A stretch of 64,000 nucleotides of DNA from Raillietiella orientalis (GCA_036172245.1 JAYWIR010000013.1:1240001-1304000); one strand, 5' to 3'. Numbered from the stretch's first letter, positions 15,418 to 28,832 are shown. Made by a program: numbers and translations. Notes: generated by a model not told the origin, from the letters alone.

Positions 15418-17699
15418 AATGAACATTACTATTTAATAATCACAGTTATGTTCAAACATTTTCATAGTGCTTCTGGGTGTTTTTAATTTCTATTTTCATT
15501 TTCACCTCTTTATTCAAATGCATTTAGGAAATGTTGGCTCTAGAAATTAAAGAACCTGGACTTTTGTGAACTTTTGGTATAATCGGGATTTGAAAAGGTT
15601 TTAAAAGGCAGAACTGGTCTGAGATTACAAGATATTTTTCAAACTATTTCAAATGTAACAATAGAATAATCTAAAAAATCCATGGAACCAAATAGAGGCC
15701 AAAAATAATCCGTTCCATTTCTAAATGGAAGTACAGTTTAAGTCTGCAACAAGGTTTCCGTATGTTGCACACAAGACAACAGTCATTACACTGAAAATGA
15801 AAATTTCATGCAAATCACTTATGAAAACAAAAGAAAAAAAAACACACAACATAAACGCTAAAACGATTTGGATGAAACCACAAATGCCAAGTACGACTGA
15901 TGAAAACGAAACACACGCCAGAAACAACAAACATTAAAAATGATCTGAAAAAAATAACTCTTTCTGATATAAAAGATACGCATGCAAGTTAACGATCTCA
16001 AAATCCCTGCTTCATTCAAGTTTTCATCCTTTATCTTGTAAAAACAACAGTGATGGTGGTAAAACACAAATCCGGACATGATCGTGAATTTTCTGAATAT
16101 CTAATTTCAAAAGCCGACAGCTTCAGAAATCTTTTTAGACTGTTGCATTTAATTGTGCTTACATTTCTGAGCAACGAAATCTTGCCTAGTGGTAGAGCTG
16201 TGTACCATTAGATTACAAATCAAATAACCATCAAATTTCTATTATGCATAATCAACAAATACATTCTAATAGCAGCACAATTATGTTTATTAGCACGTTC
16301 CAACAGGTCATATAGTGATTCCAAAACGTGCTACTGGTTTACTAGAAAATGTCTGAATAACCATTTGATATTCAGGCGCGTTACTTCAACTTTTTGAATT
16401 TTATACACAACAGAAAACATGTTTAAATCGTAAAGAGACCTTATAAATAAAGACCCTTATAAATTCATAATTACAAACAACAAATGCATATTCGAAATTA
16501 TCTTTAAAATGAACACTTTGCTTCTTCCGATGCAACCCTGCGACTGTTCGCGTCAGCAAGGCTACCACATCTTGGCATTATTGGTCTATGGTCAGCATCA
16601 GCTGACCCTCGGACGATGATCTCGACATTTTCTATGTTCGTCTGAGAATTCCCCTGGAAAGACCCGTCATCCAAGCTCGTTTGCATTCCCTGCAGTCCAG
16701 GCCTGCTGCTTCCTGACCTTGGAGCGCTGACTTCCAAAGCGATGATGGATGAGGACTCCAGAAGTAGGGTTTTCATTCAGGCGCCTTCCGTCTCTGCACA
16801 CTGGAGACCAGCCCCACGGTGTGACGACGCCGGCCGCACCCATCCCACACCCGACCCGGTTACCTGCTTTTGTCCTTGGACTTCTTCGTAGTTCGCCCTT
16901 CGGGTCAACGCCATGCTCGCAGCCACCCCCCTATCCGCGGAGGCCGCGTGGGGTTTGGGACTGCCTCTTCATATGCGCCACTCGACTGAGCCACTCATGG
17001 GGAGAGGAGTTGACCTCACGTGCCGCGGACGCGCAGTCAGTCTGGCAGGAAGGGGGGGTGTCAACCACTTCACGCTCGACCCCAGGGGAATCTCCCTTCC
17101 CCATGACGAGTCGGTCAACAAATCAAAGAGTATGACGACGAGGGGACATCTAACGTACCCCTTCGCCTCTGGTCTGATCTCGTGTGGCAACATCAACGGG
17201 GAGCAGCATCCACCCTCTTAAGAGCAGCTCGGCGGCTTCTGAAGGCTCCAGAAACAGGAAGGAGAGCCAGTACCGGAGTCTGGCTCACCACTTTGCTGGT
17301 AAAGGAGCGCCTGTGTCGGTGTGAGGCACATAGTCACGGGATCTCTCTCTGTGTGGTTTCTTCGCAGCGGCAAGACGCTGAAGGAATTCGCAATCAAACA
17401 AAGGCCATCCGGTGATGCCAGAAAGGGAGTGGTATGCAGTCGCATATGACCCTCCCGAGAAAAGTACTGGAACCGTTGGATTACCACATGAGAGCAACAG
17501 GAAAATTCTCAACAGCTGCTACCGGAAGAGCATGACAGTGGGAACCAGGCAAAATAAAAAAAAAAAAGACCCTCTGGCATTCCGCGTACCTGCCACCAGG
17601 AATTCTGTCTTATAAACACTAGTGTTGCGATAGTAAGAAAGACACTCTAACAGTAGGCGGCTGTCCCTCTCCCTTGCCACAGGATAAACAAAGCTGCGG

Positions 17700-18720
17700 C
17701 TAAGGGAGGTCGTCTCGGGTCAGCTTGCTACGGCTCCGAGTGATCTCTTCCAGTGGGACCATCCCGAGGAAACCCAGGAAACGAAGTTCATCCTGGTCGA
17801 GCTTTCGTCAGCCTCTCTGGATCTCCTGCCGCCCTCAAAACTAGAACGCCTGGCGGGAGGAGGCTCTGGGTCCTGGGATGCCACTATGGAAGTTCTCCCA
17901 GAGAAACTGCGTCCGATGCGGAAGCTCCTTTGCACGTCACTGGGAGATCTCAAGCAGGACTGGAAGCAGTTGTCCCGGATTGCCGTCACACCCCTTGCTG
18001 TAGCACCGTCTGTCCTCAGGACAAACGATGACGGCAATCAGCCAGAGGTATGGGAGTCATTCTGCAAAATGGCAGGAGGAGAGAAGCTTCTCGACGGCTG
18101 CAAGACGTTCGAGTTGGTGGATGGCGCCACTCCTCGTTCCCGGTCGAAGGGATCCTTCGGTGGAGCGACCCGCTCTGTGCGACCCCCGAAGAACTTGTAT
18201 TCCCCTCCCCCCCTTCCTGTGTGGAGGCACCCTACGGTGGAAACCACAGGACGTTCCGCTGCTTTTGCACCGGAGGTTCCAATGGAGTCAGTGCTGGCAC
18301 CCGTTTTCCGGGGGAGTTGCCTTCCCGATCTGTGCCGGGTGCGGGGCAACCGACTCGTCCCTCACCTCTCGTTGGAATACAGAGCCCTGGAGGACGGTGT
18401 GGCAGAAATCAAACTTTGCGCTCCCCCAGCACGGAGGACCTCTCTTGGGACTTACTGCGTCGCTTCTTCACGAAAGGCGGGCTCACGGCAGGCGCTGTCA
18501 TCGCAACGGTCCTCCGCACTCACTCCGTGGTGACAGCCCGCTCCGCGCTGGAGTCTCGTTTGCAGCGAAGGGAGGCCACCAGCACGGCAGCCGCCTTGGT
18601 GGGGACGGCTACGAGGTGGCATCGCCTGCAAGAAGAAGAAGTCGTCAAGGAGATCTATCTCCAGCATCCACAGTCGCTCCTAGGAAGAAAGGAACGATTG
18701 AAACCAAAGAACCCCTGTCC
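17700..18720 (+). mobile_element. Possible decayed 3' end of an L1/Tx1-like LINE (zinc-binding C-terminal region)
   Basis: Near 18330-18410, overlapping frames give CAGCGATD / PHLSLEY / VWQK, resembling the C-x2-C...H-x-x-x-C...W motif at the C-terminus of LINE ORF2. Heavily frameshifted. Confidence 0.3.
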
Positions 18721-19480
18721 CTACTCTCTCTCCTGCCCTTTTCCATTTATTTATTGTCCCTTCCCTCCCGCTCCAGACTCCCCTGGAAGCCGGCCTGTGT
18801 GCCGGTGGTCATCCCCCAATGAACTTTTTTTTTTTTTTCCTGGCATCCCTTGCATTTCGAGGATGCCGTCCCCCTCGGATATGGTTTATATTCCTTAAAA
18901 TGAACGCCCCAGTCGCAGCAATAAAAATCGTCATCCAAGCCGCCGATACTGCTATAACTCGATCGTCAAGTTCACTTCCTGACTTCCTGTTTTTGGTGCT
19001 TGAGAGCTCATGCCTCGAGGGTTTTTCCTGCGAGATCCGGCCAGCAGCAATCCCATGTAGTCCTCTTGCAATCGGAAAGCTCCGTTTCGTCGTTCGCTGG
19101 CACAAGACGTACCGCGAGGTCGCCGTTGGTCGTCCGAGTGGCTCGGGTGCGCACGCGAGGCAAAAGGAACGAGGGGAGGGGGGTGGGCATGGGCTTTGGT
19201 TTGGTTGCTGTTTCTGGATTCGGCACGACAGCCACTGTTCTCAGGTCCCGCGCTCGGGATTTCTTGAACTTCCTTGGAATTCTCTGCTCTTTAACGCTTG
19301 CATCGCACTAAGGTATCTCCCGCTCACGAGGTGCGAGCGGTCGACTTCCTCGTACCGAGGGAAACGTCAGGCCATCAACGGGCGGAGACGGCCAGCCAAC
19401 TGAAACGATAGACTGAAGACGGCTTCTCCGGGAATGCTACCAAAGGTCGTCCCATGAACTCGTGGACCAGAAAAAGGGTA

Positions 19481-20125
19481 GATGCTGGATGCGGTCTATG
19501 CACGTGGCACCGAACGTTGCCGGTTCGAATCCCACCCGAGGGAAGGATCGACTCCGAGAATGAGGGTGCGTCGTGGCTCTCGAGTCTCCCCCTCCCCCCG
19601 CAGCATGACGCTGGTTGGCCTGAAGATTTTGGGTGAGGCATTAGTGCAAGCTGGATGCCCTCCCGTTGACTGGCCGGGATTGGAAAGTTGACCCTCCTGG
19701 ATCCTTCTAGGAATCAAAGGGCCCTTCGGGGTTCCATCCTCCCATAGCGCAAACGGAACTGGTTGATACCTCTCCAGAGTGCAAGAAGCGCGCTACTCTC
19801 TTCGGGTTGCGACCCTTCCGAGAAATTTAGAAGAGTCCTTTCGGAATTCTCTTCCGAGGAGAAGGAAACGGAGCAATTTCCTCCCGGGTTCCCTCCGGAG
19901 AAGAAATAATGGAGCTGCCCTCCAGAGGATCCCTCCGGAGTGAATAAGGTTAAGCTTCCCTTCGGCGTTCCCTCCCAAGAGCAGGAGAAACGGGATCCTT
20001 CCTTCGAAGCCTTCCTGGATTCATGGGGTAGTCCCTCTGGGTTTACCACCTATAACTTGAAGAGCTAACACGCACCTTCGGGTGGTATAGACGGTTTCAA
20101 AGAGCTTCATGAGCTCCTTTTGAAA
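19481..20125 (+). mobile_element. Putative tRNA-headed SINE, near full-length copy A
   Basis: B-box GGTTCGAATCCC at 19522-19533. The core CCGTTGACTGGCCGGGATTGGAAAGTTGACCCTCCTGGATCCTTCTAGGAATCAA (19663-19717) and the motifs CCTCTCCAGAGTG and CCCTCCGGAGAAGAAATAATGGAGC are shared with other copies in the window. Confidence 0.75.
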
Positions 20126-20879
20126 AGGGGAACAGTTCTTCAGAACTCCTTGAGAACTAAAAAAAAAAAAAGGAGGAAAGAAGAAGCTGGAGAGAAGGCA
20201 GCGAAATAGAAGAATGCAAAAGGATTTTTATCATCTCGTCCAACCTGGACGAGACACGAACAGGACTTGCCAGCATCCTGAGCAGGATGCAAAAGACGCC
20301 TGGGAGCGCACCATGATCCCTTCCTCGGTCCTCCCTCCCCTCCTCGTGTAAGATTTCCCCTCCCCTGTTTTGTTTGTTTCCTCTCCCCCACGCTGCCGAA
20401 GTGGACCTCGCCGGTCTGCGCACCGCTCTTCGGCAGGGTCATTGCACGTGGTAGAACCAAGGGTGTTCTGCCACACCAATATATCTTTATCATTCTATGT
20501 AATAAATGCTCTGGCATATCCGGGTGATAATCATCACGCAGACGTGGGCGACAACTCCATATTCCGGCATCCCACTTGAATAAAAGTCCATGCAAGAGCG
20601 CAGGACCCGAGCAGCCTGCCCATCTTGCTAAACAGAGCTGGGCACCGATGTGTCCAGGAGGCAGGGTTCTGCCACACTTCCTCACTTGTATGTGTGTGCG
20701 TGTTTTCTTTTCGTTTTTTCTGAATCAGCCCTTTTAGAATGTCTTGAAGGCTGCAGTACGCACCAGACGTTGATGCTCACTGCCTGTGCCTCAGCGGTGA
20801 AATGGAGAGTAGGATGCAGATCTAACTTCGAGACGGAGACCTTCCTTAGTGGCCAAAACCTCTAAGGGACGCATTTACT

Positions 20880-23800
20880 CGATGATGGTCCTCTGCACCA
20901 TGTCTGTTTCACTGGGATGGGGATCGCTAGGCTGCAGATATGCTGTCCAGACTGGCGCTGAGGTGTTATGAGCCTGTCTGCAGCTGCACGAGACGCTGCC
21001 AGACTTCACGTTACCTTGGAGATCTGCCTCCCACAGAGCAACGCCTGCACGGACTGGCCGGCGTCTGTCCCATTGCTTTCGAAGCTGGTGGCTCTACCTT
21101 TCGAGGGAGAGCCACTGCTCGCTTCCCTGAGGCTCCATTGTTGACCAAGGACGTGGAAACCGTGAAAGAGGCGACCAAATTATTAAGCAGCAGACTAGTG
21201 ACGGGAAGTGATCGCACAACGTAGTGGCAAGGCGAACTGGTCTTGGTAATCTCCGGTTTCCTCCCTGTTTCACGGGAAGCGCAGAATGGATGCAACAAAA
21301 ACCTACGATGACCACTGGTGCCTGCAAACAGTTCGCCACCAGCGGTGACTGCCACCAGATGCGACTGTACCGATAAACCAGATTGCTGGAAAGGCGATCT
21401 ACTTACCGAACACGCTAGCTGTGGGAAAATGTGGCCAACAGCGCGTGGATTCGAGTGTACAATGAAAACATCAACGCATGAATTTCGGATGAAGAATGGA
21501 ATGGCAACATCCATAGCTGCGGCTTCCAGCCGCTCTGGGGATCGGCACTGTGAAGTTGAGAGTGATCATAACAACAGTCTGGAGGGGAGAGATCTACCCG
21601 TATCCACCCAGGACGACCTCACTTCATGTTTCACGAAAGAATCCTGAGTGGATCGGGAGGTTTACTCTAGACTGGAAACACCCAAGGTGTGGAGTCCTGT
21701 GTGGCAAGTAGGACACTCAGCGCCACGTGTTCACTCTCCCAACACTCCACCGCGATCGCAAAACGATTAAGGAGGTGACAAACCCTCAGTCCAGAACAAG
21801 GTTTAAAATCCTGGAGGGATTGTTTCAAGGCGATGGCATCGTCCTCCCATTCAGTCCCGTGATGCGTAAGACGATTACCCTCTTCATCACGGAAAGCTTG
21901 TTAAGGACAAAAATGAGAAAGGCAGAAACAGCAACTCCATCCCTGGACATTTTAAAAAGGCTCATTTAGGAAAACCAGAGCAAAAAAAACAAAAACAAAT
22001 CAGAAACTGGCAGAATCTCCTTCTGGGCATATCAGTACAATTGAAAGAGATGGACGACAATGTCCAGGATGGAGGGATGTGATTAAAACCCACAGACGGA
22101 AACCCATGAGCGGTGACAAAAACCAGCGAAGTGCCGTAACGTGAGTGGGGGTCGGGTCCCGAGGGGAAACTTTGTCCACTACCACTGCGTTGCATGGAAG
22201 TCGAGTTTTAAAGTAGATTCACGTCACCACTTGTCGGACCTGGGGAAGATCAGTCATCCTGGAGACCTAGACGTGACCCTTAAGAGCACTTTTCGAAAAA
22301 GGAAATTTCGAAAGAAGGGCTGCATGATACGATGACCACGGAAGGGCTGAATGACATGATGACGCATCGTCCGCGAGACCCAAGACCACCGTGCAGTTCG
22401 CAAAGTTCTCATCTGCGAGCTGTGTAACCCTGAGAGGCTCCAATGACCCTTGACGCCTGCACAGCCATCGAGAGCCCAACATCTCTTCCGGACCATTCCC
22501 TCAGGTCATCATTCAGAGGACTATTGAGCGATCGCGGCATCAAAGAATAGTCCCAGGGAGCAAATCCTGCAGTAGACGGAACGAAGGTGAGATGTGCCCT
22601 GGGCATGGGGATGACAAGGATAGTTACTCTCCGGGGATAATAGTTCTAGTCAATGTAGGGACGATAATGAAGAAGGGTGTGCATCCTTGCCTTTCTGCAC
22701 TTGACCGTCAGCATTTGAGTCGGGCGGCGTCTGTGGGCGACCTGCTCCACGCACGTTGACTGGCGACGTTACTTCTTGCAGAGAGGTGAGTGATGGTTCT
22801 TAGTGATGTATTTGCCTGTGGGTCTCTGTCTTCGGGGATGCAGTGGCGAAATGCTAAGGAAGGACTCCTGTCTACGCAGAGGACCTTCCAGTGCAGATGG
22901 ATCTCAGTGTTTCGTGTTCCAGGGCAGCAACGAATACCAGAAATGCGTCTCTGGAGACCCTTCAAGAGGGTGCGTGTGTTCGCACTGATTCTGCGTCTGG
23001 CTCTGCGCGACCAGGTGGCGTCATACAAGCTACCCTGGAGCGCCGCGCAGCGCTGGAGGTTTGCCTTCTCACCCCCGGTGGCGCCGGAGCGTTTCTTGCA
23101 ATCAATAAAGGCAAAGGTAGTGGTAGGACTGTCACTCTACCATGTCCAATGATCGAAGAAACTGCCGAGTTGCATGTACTCAGATCAGCGAGGGTCTCCT
23201 CGACAGCAGAGGGGAGCGGAGCAAACAAAAAGGAAAAATAAAAATAAAGGAAATTAAATAAAAACAAATAGAAAAAAAACTCTGGGAGGTACGGAAAGGG
23301 ATCGCTGCCTCCTTTGGAACATCCTCGGCATCCTCTCAAGGATGCCGGCAGGTTCGAGATGCGTGCTTTTCAGATGGGACCATCTCGATGCCATCCTCAA
23401 AAAGCGGACTGCAGGTCGGATGACGTCCCTGTCGTTCTCTCCTCTCTCGACAGCGCTCCGGGCAGCGACGAACCTGCGTATTCAGCAGAGAGCTGCTGGG
23501 GATGCGACTGGAGGTAGGGCATCGCATACGAAGAGGCATCTCCGGGGTTTCCCTCGGTGGATGCGCAGCGTCGCGGCAAGACGCTCTCACAGGAGCCGGA
23601 GGGGCAACCGCTCAGCCCACGCGTTTGTGCGGGAAGGACTCTAGTTCTACTCACCTGCTGCAGTTCGGACTTACCCCTCCCCCTCCCCTGGGTCCAATGA
23701 TGTCGTCCATAGTTGCACGGAAAGTCCCAGTGCAACAGGGGGAACGCAGACCCTTCACCCTCCCTCACTTGGGAGGGACTATGCAAGTGTTTTGGAGCAC

Positions 23801-24150
23801 TGGACGCCACCCGAGGTCTTCCCTGGAAATTAGCAGCAGCTCACCCGAGCACAAAAATCCTTTCGGTGGGTCACTCGGGGTTACAGCGTCAGTCAGCTGG
23901 CCTGTGGTCCAGCCACCTTACGCTCTTCCCTTCTAGAGCCCAGTTGGCCAATGACCTCCCATCTTGCCGGCAGGCTGCTGCCAGTCTGCTCCCTCAGGAA
24001 GGGCAGCACTGCAGCAAGGGAGGTTCTCTCTGCCCACGCGCACTTGGTGGGATGGACGGTGGCTTCCCGGAGCAAGTCACGGTTGCAGGACGAGCAGCGC
24101 AAGCCCTGCAATAACACTGGACCCTTGGATCTTCGCCCACGTGCGAGTGG
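20880..24150 (-). mobile_element. Decayed APE-RT LINE (L1/Tx1-like), possibly near full-length ORF2
   Basis: Minus-strand fragments occur in the expected order: DLLREATVH (LQET-like, ~24070), LTDAVTP (NVYAP-like, ~23890), TSSRI (SRID-like, ~23510), CPGTRNT..WK (PG.DG-like, ~22920), CIPEDRDPQANTSLRTITHLS (IPK.GD....RPITLL-like, ~22830-22780), EDDAIAL (ADD-like, ~21840). Many stops and frameshifts. Confidence 0.45.
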
Positions 24151-24399
24151 GTTGCTGTGGCCAGGCGCTACCGTTCTCAGGCTTCTGAAGAGGTTTGCAT
24201 GAACTCCCAGTGCGCAGTTGGGTTTGTCGTGAAAAACAGCAAAAACAGCAACCAGAGATGGCTGCCCAGCTCTGCGTGAGCACGACTGCAGATGGGATGC
24301 TCGGAGATTCGCGTAAGCAAAAGCTTCAAACGCAAGGGAGTCAGAGTGCTCATCCCAGTAGCAGCGACATCCACGGGATAGAGGATGACCTCTCAAGCT

Positions 24400-25600
24400 T
24401 TAATGATGTTGATACTGTTGATTTGTGCAATTACATAACTGCTTGCAGGAGGCTCTGTACATTCTTCCAAAGTTACTATTCTGCTCCTTTGGGGTGTTCC
24501 TCGCCCCATCTTTATGGTGCTTCCTCCGCTTGCTCGCTTTTGTACGGTGGGAGAGAATTGTCTGGATTCCCCGGCTGGAGGTCGGTTTTCCTTGCGACGT
24601 GGGCTGCGTAGATATCACTCGAGTACCGGATACACGCAGCCACCATACGACGCCTGAGTTCCACTAGCTTCTTCTTTGGTATTCCTAGATCTTGTAATAC
24701 CTTCATTACCAGGATCCCATGATCCCAAAGAGCCGATGATGAACGCTGCACTTTGCTTTGCTTTCCACCTTTTCCCAGTTGCATCTCTACGTCCTTGTTC
24801 TTCCCGACTGTGCTGAACGCCTCTTTTCCATTTTCGTATGGGCAGCGGACGTCTAGTACACATATTCGGTTTCTTTTTTGCATGACTAGATCCGGTTTTA
24901 GGGCGGAAGTTGTTCCTGGCACTCTCTAGTTTCTTGACACAAGACTCCACTTTGCTCCATCCACTGCGGCCTCTCTGATTATTTCTTGAATCGCGTCATG
25001 GCGTGCCATGGACAGTGGAACGTGTTTTTTTCATCTATTTAATACGTGAGACAATGTTTCGTCCTCTGTGCCGCAACGACAACATATGCTTTCTTCGGGT
25101 TTTTTTGTTGGCCCAGCGTTGATTGGCAATAGGTTGAGTCTTGCCGCGTGAATGAACTTGTAATCCTGGATTCTCAGGTGGTATCCATTAGTGTGGAAAA
25201 AGCTTGAGTCATGGTGCATGTCCCCATACTGCATGGCTTTCTCCTGACTAATATGATTTTGGATTAGGGACTGCCATGCGTGTTCCCTTTGCAGTGTTCT
25301 CACGCCGGGGGTAAGTTATCTTCTCGTGCTGCTGGTGAAGATGATGCCGTCGACTGTTTTGCTCGGTTCTCCATCTTGGAAATTCCAGCGGACTTTCGCT
25401 CTTCTAGAGGCCTTTCTTCCAAGAGGATTTCTTTCTGATTTTGGTACTCGGACTGTCCAGTTGTTAACACTTCGAAGTGAACATCCTGATCCGTATCAGG
25501 AAAGCTAAGATGGGAGAGGATGGAGCGCTTGCCTGAGCAATTTGATTGAGGCGTGAAAAACCATACGACGACGATTCCATGAGTGGATCACGGAGGATAA
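24400..25600 (-). mobile_element. RLE-type non-LTR retrotransposon (NeSL/Utopia-like) 3' fragment, pseudogenised
   Basis: YKFIHAARLNLLPIN, CCHC-type knuckle CCRCGTEDETLSHVL (stop at the final Cys position), RHDAIQ, the PD-(D/E)xK nuclease motif KPDLV...LDVRCPYEN, GSLGSWDP and a C-terminal IRYSSDIYAAHV. This architecture is typical of R2-group RLE elements, best resembling NeSL/Utopia. It contains a stop at 25031 and frameshifts. Confidence 0.85.
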
Positions 25601-25859
25601 GCACAGGAATATCTGGGCGAAGTGATTCCCCGGTCATCAAACTCGCATGAAGTAGCTCACAGCGAATCCAGCGGGTGTGTAAGGAAGGGAGGGGAGAGGC
25701 GGAGCTCTCCATCGAGCAGCAGCCTCCGAAAACCGGTGCTCCCACATCGCAAGAAATCCGGATGGACTCCTCTTTCCTTTGTAAAAGCGTGCATCTGCAA
25801 GGAGGAATGTGATTTTCACTTAGCATGGGAGGTGGCCCGCTCCGCAGACCACGCTGTTG

Positions 25860-25915
25860 AGGTCTTTGAGAGTTGGCACCAAGCGTTGCAGGTTCGAATT
25901 CCGACCAGGAGGAAG
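25860..25915 (+). repeat. Isolated head fragment of the putative SINE
   Basis: TGGCACCAAGCGTTGCAGGTTCGAATTCC matches the head of copies A, C and D. Confidence 0.55.
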
Positions 25916-26564
25916 CATCGGCGTCTTCGTGAGAGAGGCGGCAAGATGTCCACATCCTCTGCCAATAAAAGGGAGGAAGTCACCGGCATCCACCAGAAGA
26001 TGCTGAAGAAGACAGGAAGAAATCTGTGATCCCTTTCTTCCCCCGCCCCCTTCAGCATATTTTCATACTGAACCTTTGTGTTTTATTTTTATTTTCTCAA
26101 AACGAAATGTTTACTGGCCCAGACCGATGCTCTACTGGCTTCGTGCAGTCTAAAAATAGAACAGGGGTCGAATGGGAGGGTCACTCCAGATTGCGGTCAG
26201 TGGCGATGGACCCTCCGTCCACGTTCCCCTTGTGCCTTCCCCGTTCCTCATTCTCGCGGGGATACGGAGCTTTTCGGGATGGACGGAGACCTCACGGGTA
26301 CGGCGGGAGCTCGGAAATGCTCCCGGAAGGCATTCAGGAATGTCCTGGTCTCCGGAAGCCACCAGCAGCTGGAGTGGAGTGGAGAAAAAGGAGCAGGAGA
26401 AGTGGGGGAAGGAAGGGGTAAACCCCCTCCTCTCCCCACTTCCCCTGTGCAGGACTCATTAGAGGAGCTGCTCACGAGAAGCCACTACGAAAAAGGACAT
26501 TTTTGTATTTTATTAACTGTTTTCTTTGTAAATGTATATATATATTTTTTTTTACAATAAACGC

Positions 26565-26870
26565 CTCGGAGTGGTCGAAAGAAAATAAAGGATTGACACC
26601 AGAGGAATGAGAGTACATGGTTTCGAGTTCCCCACCCCCTAAGAGGATGCTGGGAGACTCCAAGAGGATGACGCCCTCCGGGACCCCTTCCAAAGATCCA
26701 GGAGCCTTTTTGGGTTCCCCTCTGGTTGTATGAATGGACCCGTCCTCCCCCTCGGGGGGGGAGGGGGAAAACCCCTTCTTTCTCGCACCATGGAGCCGGT
26801 GGATTGATACTGCCTCTCCAGAGTGTAAAGAAGAGTGCCCTTCCTTCAGGGGATCGGGAAGCGTACCCAT
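26565..26870 (+). mobile_element. Putative SINE, internally deleted copy B
   Basis: GGTTTCGAGTTCCC (second B-box-like motif), CCTCCGGGACCCCTTCC and GCCTCTCCAGAGTGTAAAGAAG are shared with copy E. Confidence 0.6.
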
Positions 26871-27444
26871 TGAGGATGCAGCTGAACAGGGAGGTCCGCC
26901 CAAATGCCTTTGCCGGAGCGAAGGACGATACCCCTTTGCTCCGGGCGATTCACTTCCTTGCTGCTACCCCCCTCCTCCCCGCGAGCGAGCGAGCGCGCCC
27001 CCCTCGTTCTTCGTCTCCCTCGCTTCTCTCTCCTCCCGCGCCCTCGCGGCAGCCGGGCGGCCTCATGGCCAGCCGGGAGGCAAGGTCGAAGTTTCCTCGT
27101 CGGAATGCCCGAAGTCTCTGGTCGGAGACACCGCGTTGAATCGAACAGCGGAACGCATCTGAGCGAAGCTGAGCGAGCATCTTCTTCTCTGCAAGGAGCA
27201 TCATCCGCGCGAGCTGTCTCCTAGGCGATCAGACCGAGCACAGGAAGTATTGGAACACCCGGATCTCACGGACCCCCGTGTAGGCAAGAACAATGGGAAG
27301 CAGGTGGCTGGCTGGACAGGGCTGCCACCATCAGAGGGGCCTCCGGTGACCCCACAACCACGAACGATGAAATTCACGTGAGGTTCCCCTGCATCTCGTT
27401 CTACGAAAGAGGCCCCATTTTGTTGCAAACACTGGACAGCTCTT

Positions 27445-27920
27445 GTGACACCGGGCGTCGCAGGTTCGAATCCCACCCTGAGGGAGGGGGGGGGAGAAAG
27501 ATCATCGCCGAGAACGGGCGGTACGTCGTAGGTTCAGGGTCTCTCCCCCGCAAGATGGTGGCGCTAGTCGGTCTGTAGACTTCGGATGCGGCACTGGAGC
27601 AAGCCGGAGACCCCCGTTGACTGGCCAGGTGGGAAGGTCGAGCCTCCGGGATCCTTCCAGGATTCGAGGAACCGGTCCCCTTCAGAACTCCCCCTCCGGT
27701 TGCGAAAATGGAGTCGTTTTTTCCCCCCTTCAGGGAAGACCCCCCATCGCGTATCGGCATGGAGCTGGTGGACCGACAGCACCTCTCCAGAGTGTGAAGG
27801 AGCGCGCTGCTCCCTTTGGGGAGTGCCCTTCAGAAAAAATTCCGGAAGCGTCCCTTCGGGGTTCTCTTCAGGAAGGGAGCGGTTCCCTTGCGGGTTCCCT
27901 CCGGAGAAGAAGAAATGGGG
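27445..27920 (+). mobile_element. Putative SINE, copy C (3'-truncated)
   Basis: B-box GGTTCGAATCCC at 27463-27474, core CCGTTGACTGGCCAGG...GGATCCTTCCAGGATTC, CCTCTCCAGAGTG and CCCTCCGGAGAAGAA. Confidence 0.75.
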
Positions 27921-28832
27921 CAAGCAAACCGACGAAAGAGGAGAAACGCGGCTTCTCTTCAAAAGGAAGCAAAGCTGGTTACTGTAGTCTGGAAAAGAGG
28001 CCATTAACGGCATGCAGACTCTTCTCTCTGAGGAAGAAAACTTACAGATTCCAACTTGAAAAGAAAAAAAAAATTGATCGACTTGCAGGATGCCAGATTT
28101 AAGAAGTTGTGCCTTCTGGTTTCGAGGCGTCTCCCAGGTGAAGGTGTATACGATGGGGCTCTTCATCCTTCAGGAATAAGAAGAAGAAGAGGAAGAAACG
28201 CGTTCGAGCAGTCTTGGTGTTTCTCCAACGATTGCTGCTCGCCTATCGAATCCTCTTTAGAAAGAGGCTGATCTCCCTATGATATGATGCCGTTAAGGGA
28301 AGAAGAGCGCTTCCCTGAACTTCCTGGTCAATTGTGAAAAGAGCACCAGCTTCTGTTCACGCGTGGAATATGAAAACAGAATCCATTTGCCTGTACGCCG
28401 TTTCCAAAAACTCACTCTTTTCCAGCCGTCTCCTCCTTGTGCCTCCGAGTTGTACGTACGAATCCGGTTCACCCGGTTCGTGTTCATGGAACTCGATTCA
28501 AGACCTCACCCAACCTCTCGATTCTTGCTGAGTGAAGAAAACGAAACGCAGAGAGAGAGAGAACTCGCTTCCTGTGTTTTCTAAGCACCTCCGATGCTTC
28601 GCACTGTGCACACCCCGCTCTCGCTGAACTCACTTTCCAAGCAACCACACGCTGGGGAGAGACCAAGGACCTCTCAATCTCAAACAGCGTCTGTCCTCAT
28701 TCTACCCATAGTGTCAGCAGAAGCAATGAATTTCGATGCCTTAGGCTCTCCTTCAGAGCATCCTTGTAAAGACGAAAACAGGGGAGCTTCCGTTACCATT
28801 CCCTTGTGTACGTCATGAGCTTCTCTCCTTAA

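Noticed and set aside
19481..19545. tRNA gene suggested by GGTTCGAATCCC (also at 25891 and 27463)
   Set aside because: I could not fold a complete cloverleaf or acceptor stem, and the motif is the head of a longer dispersed repeat.
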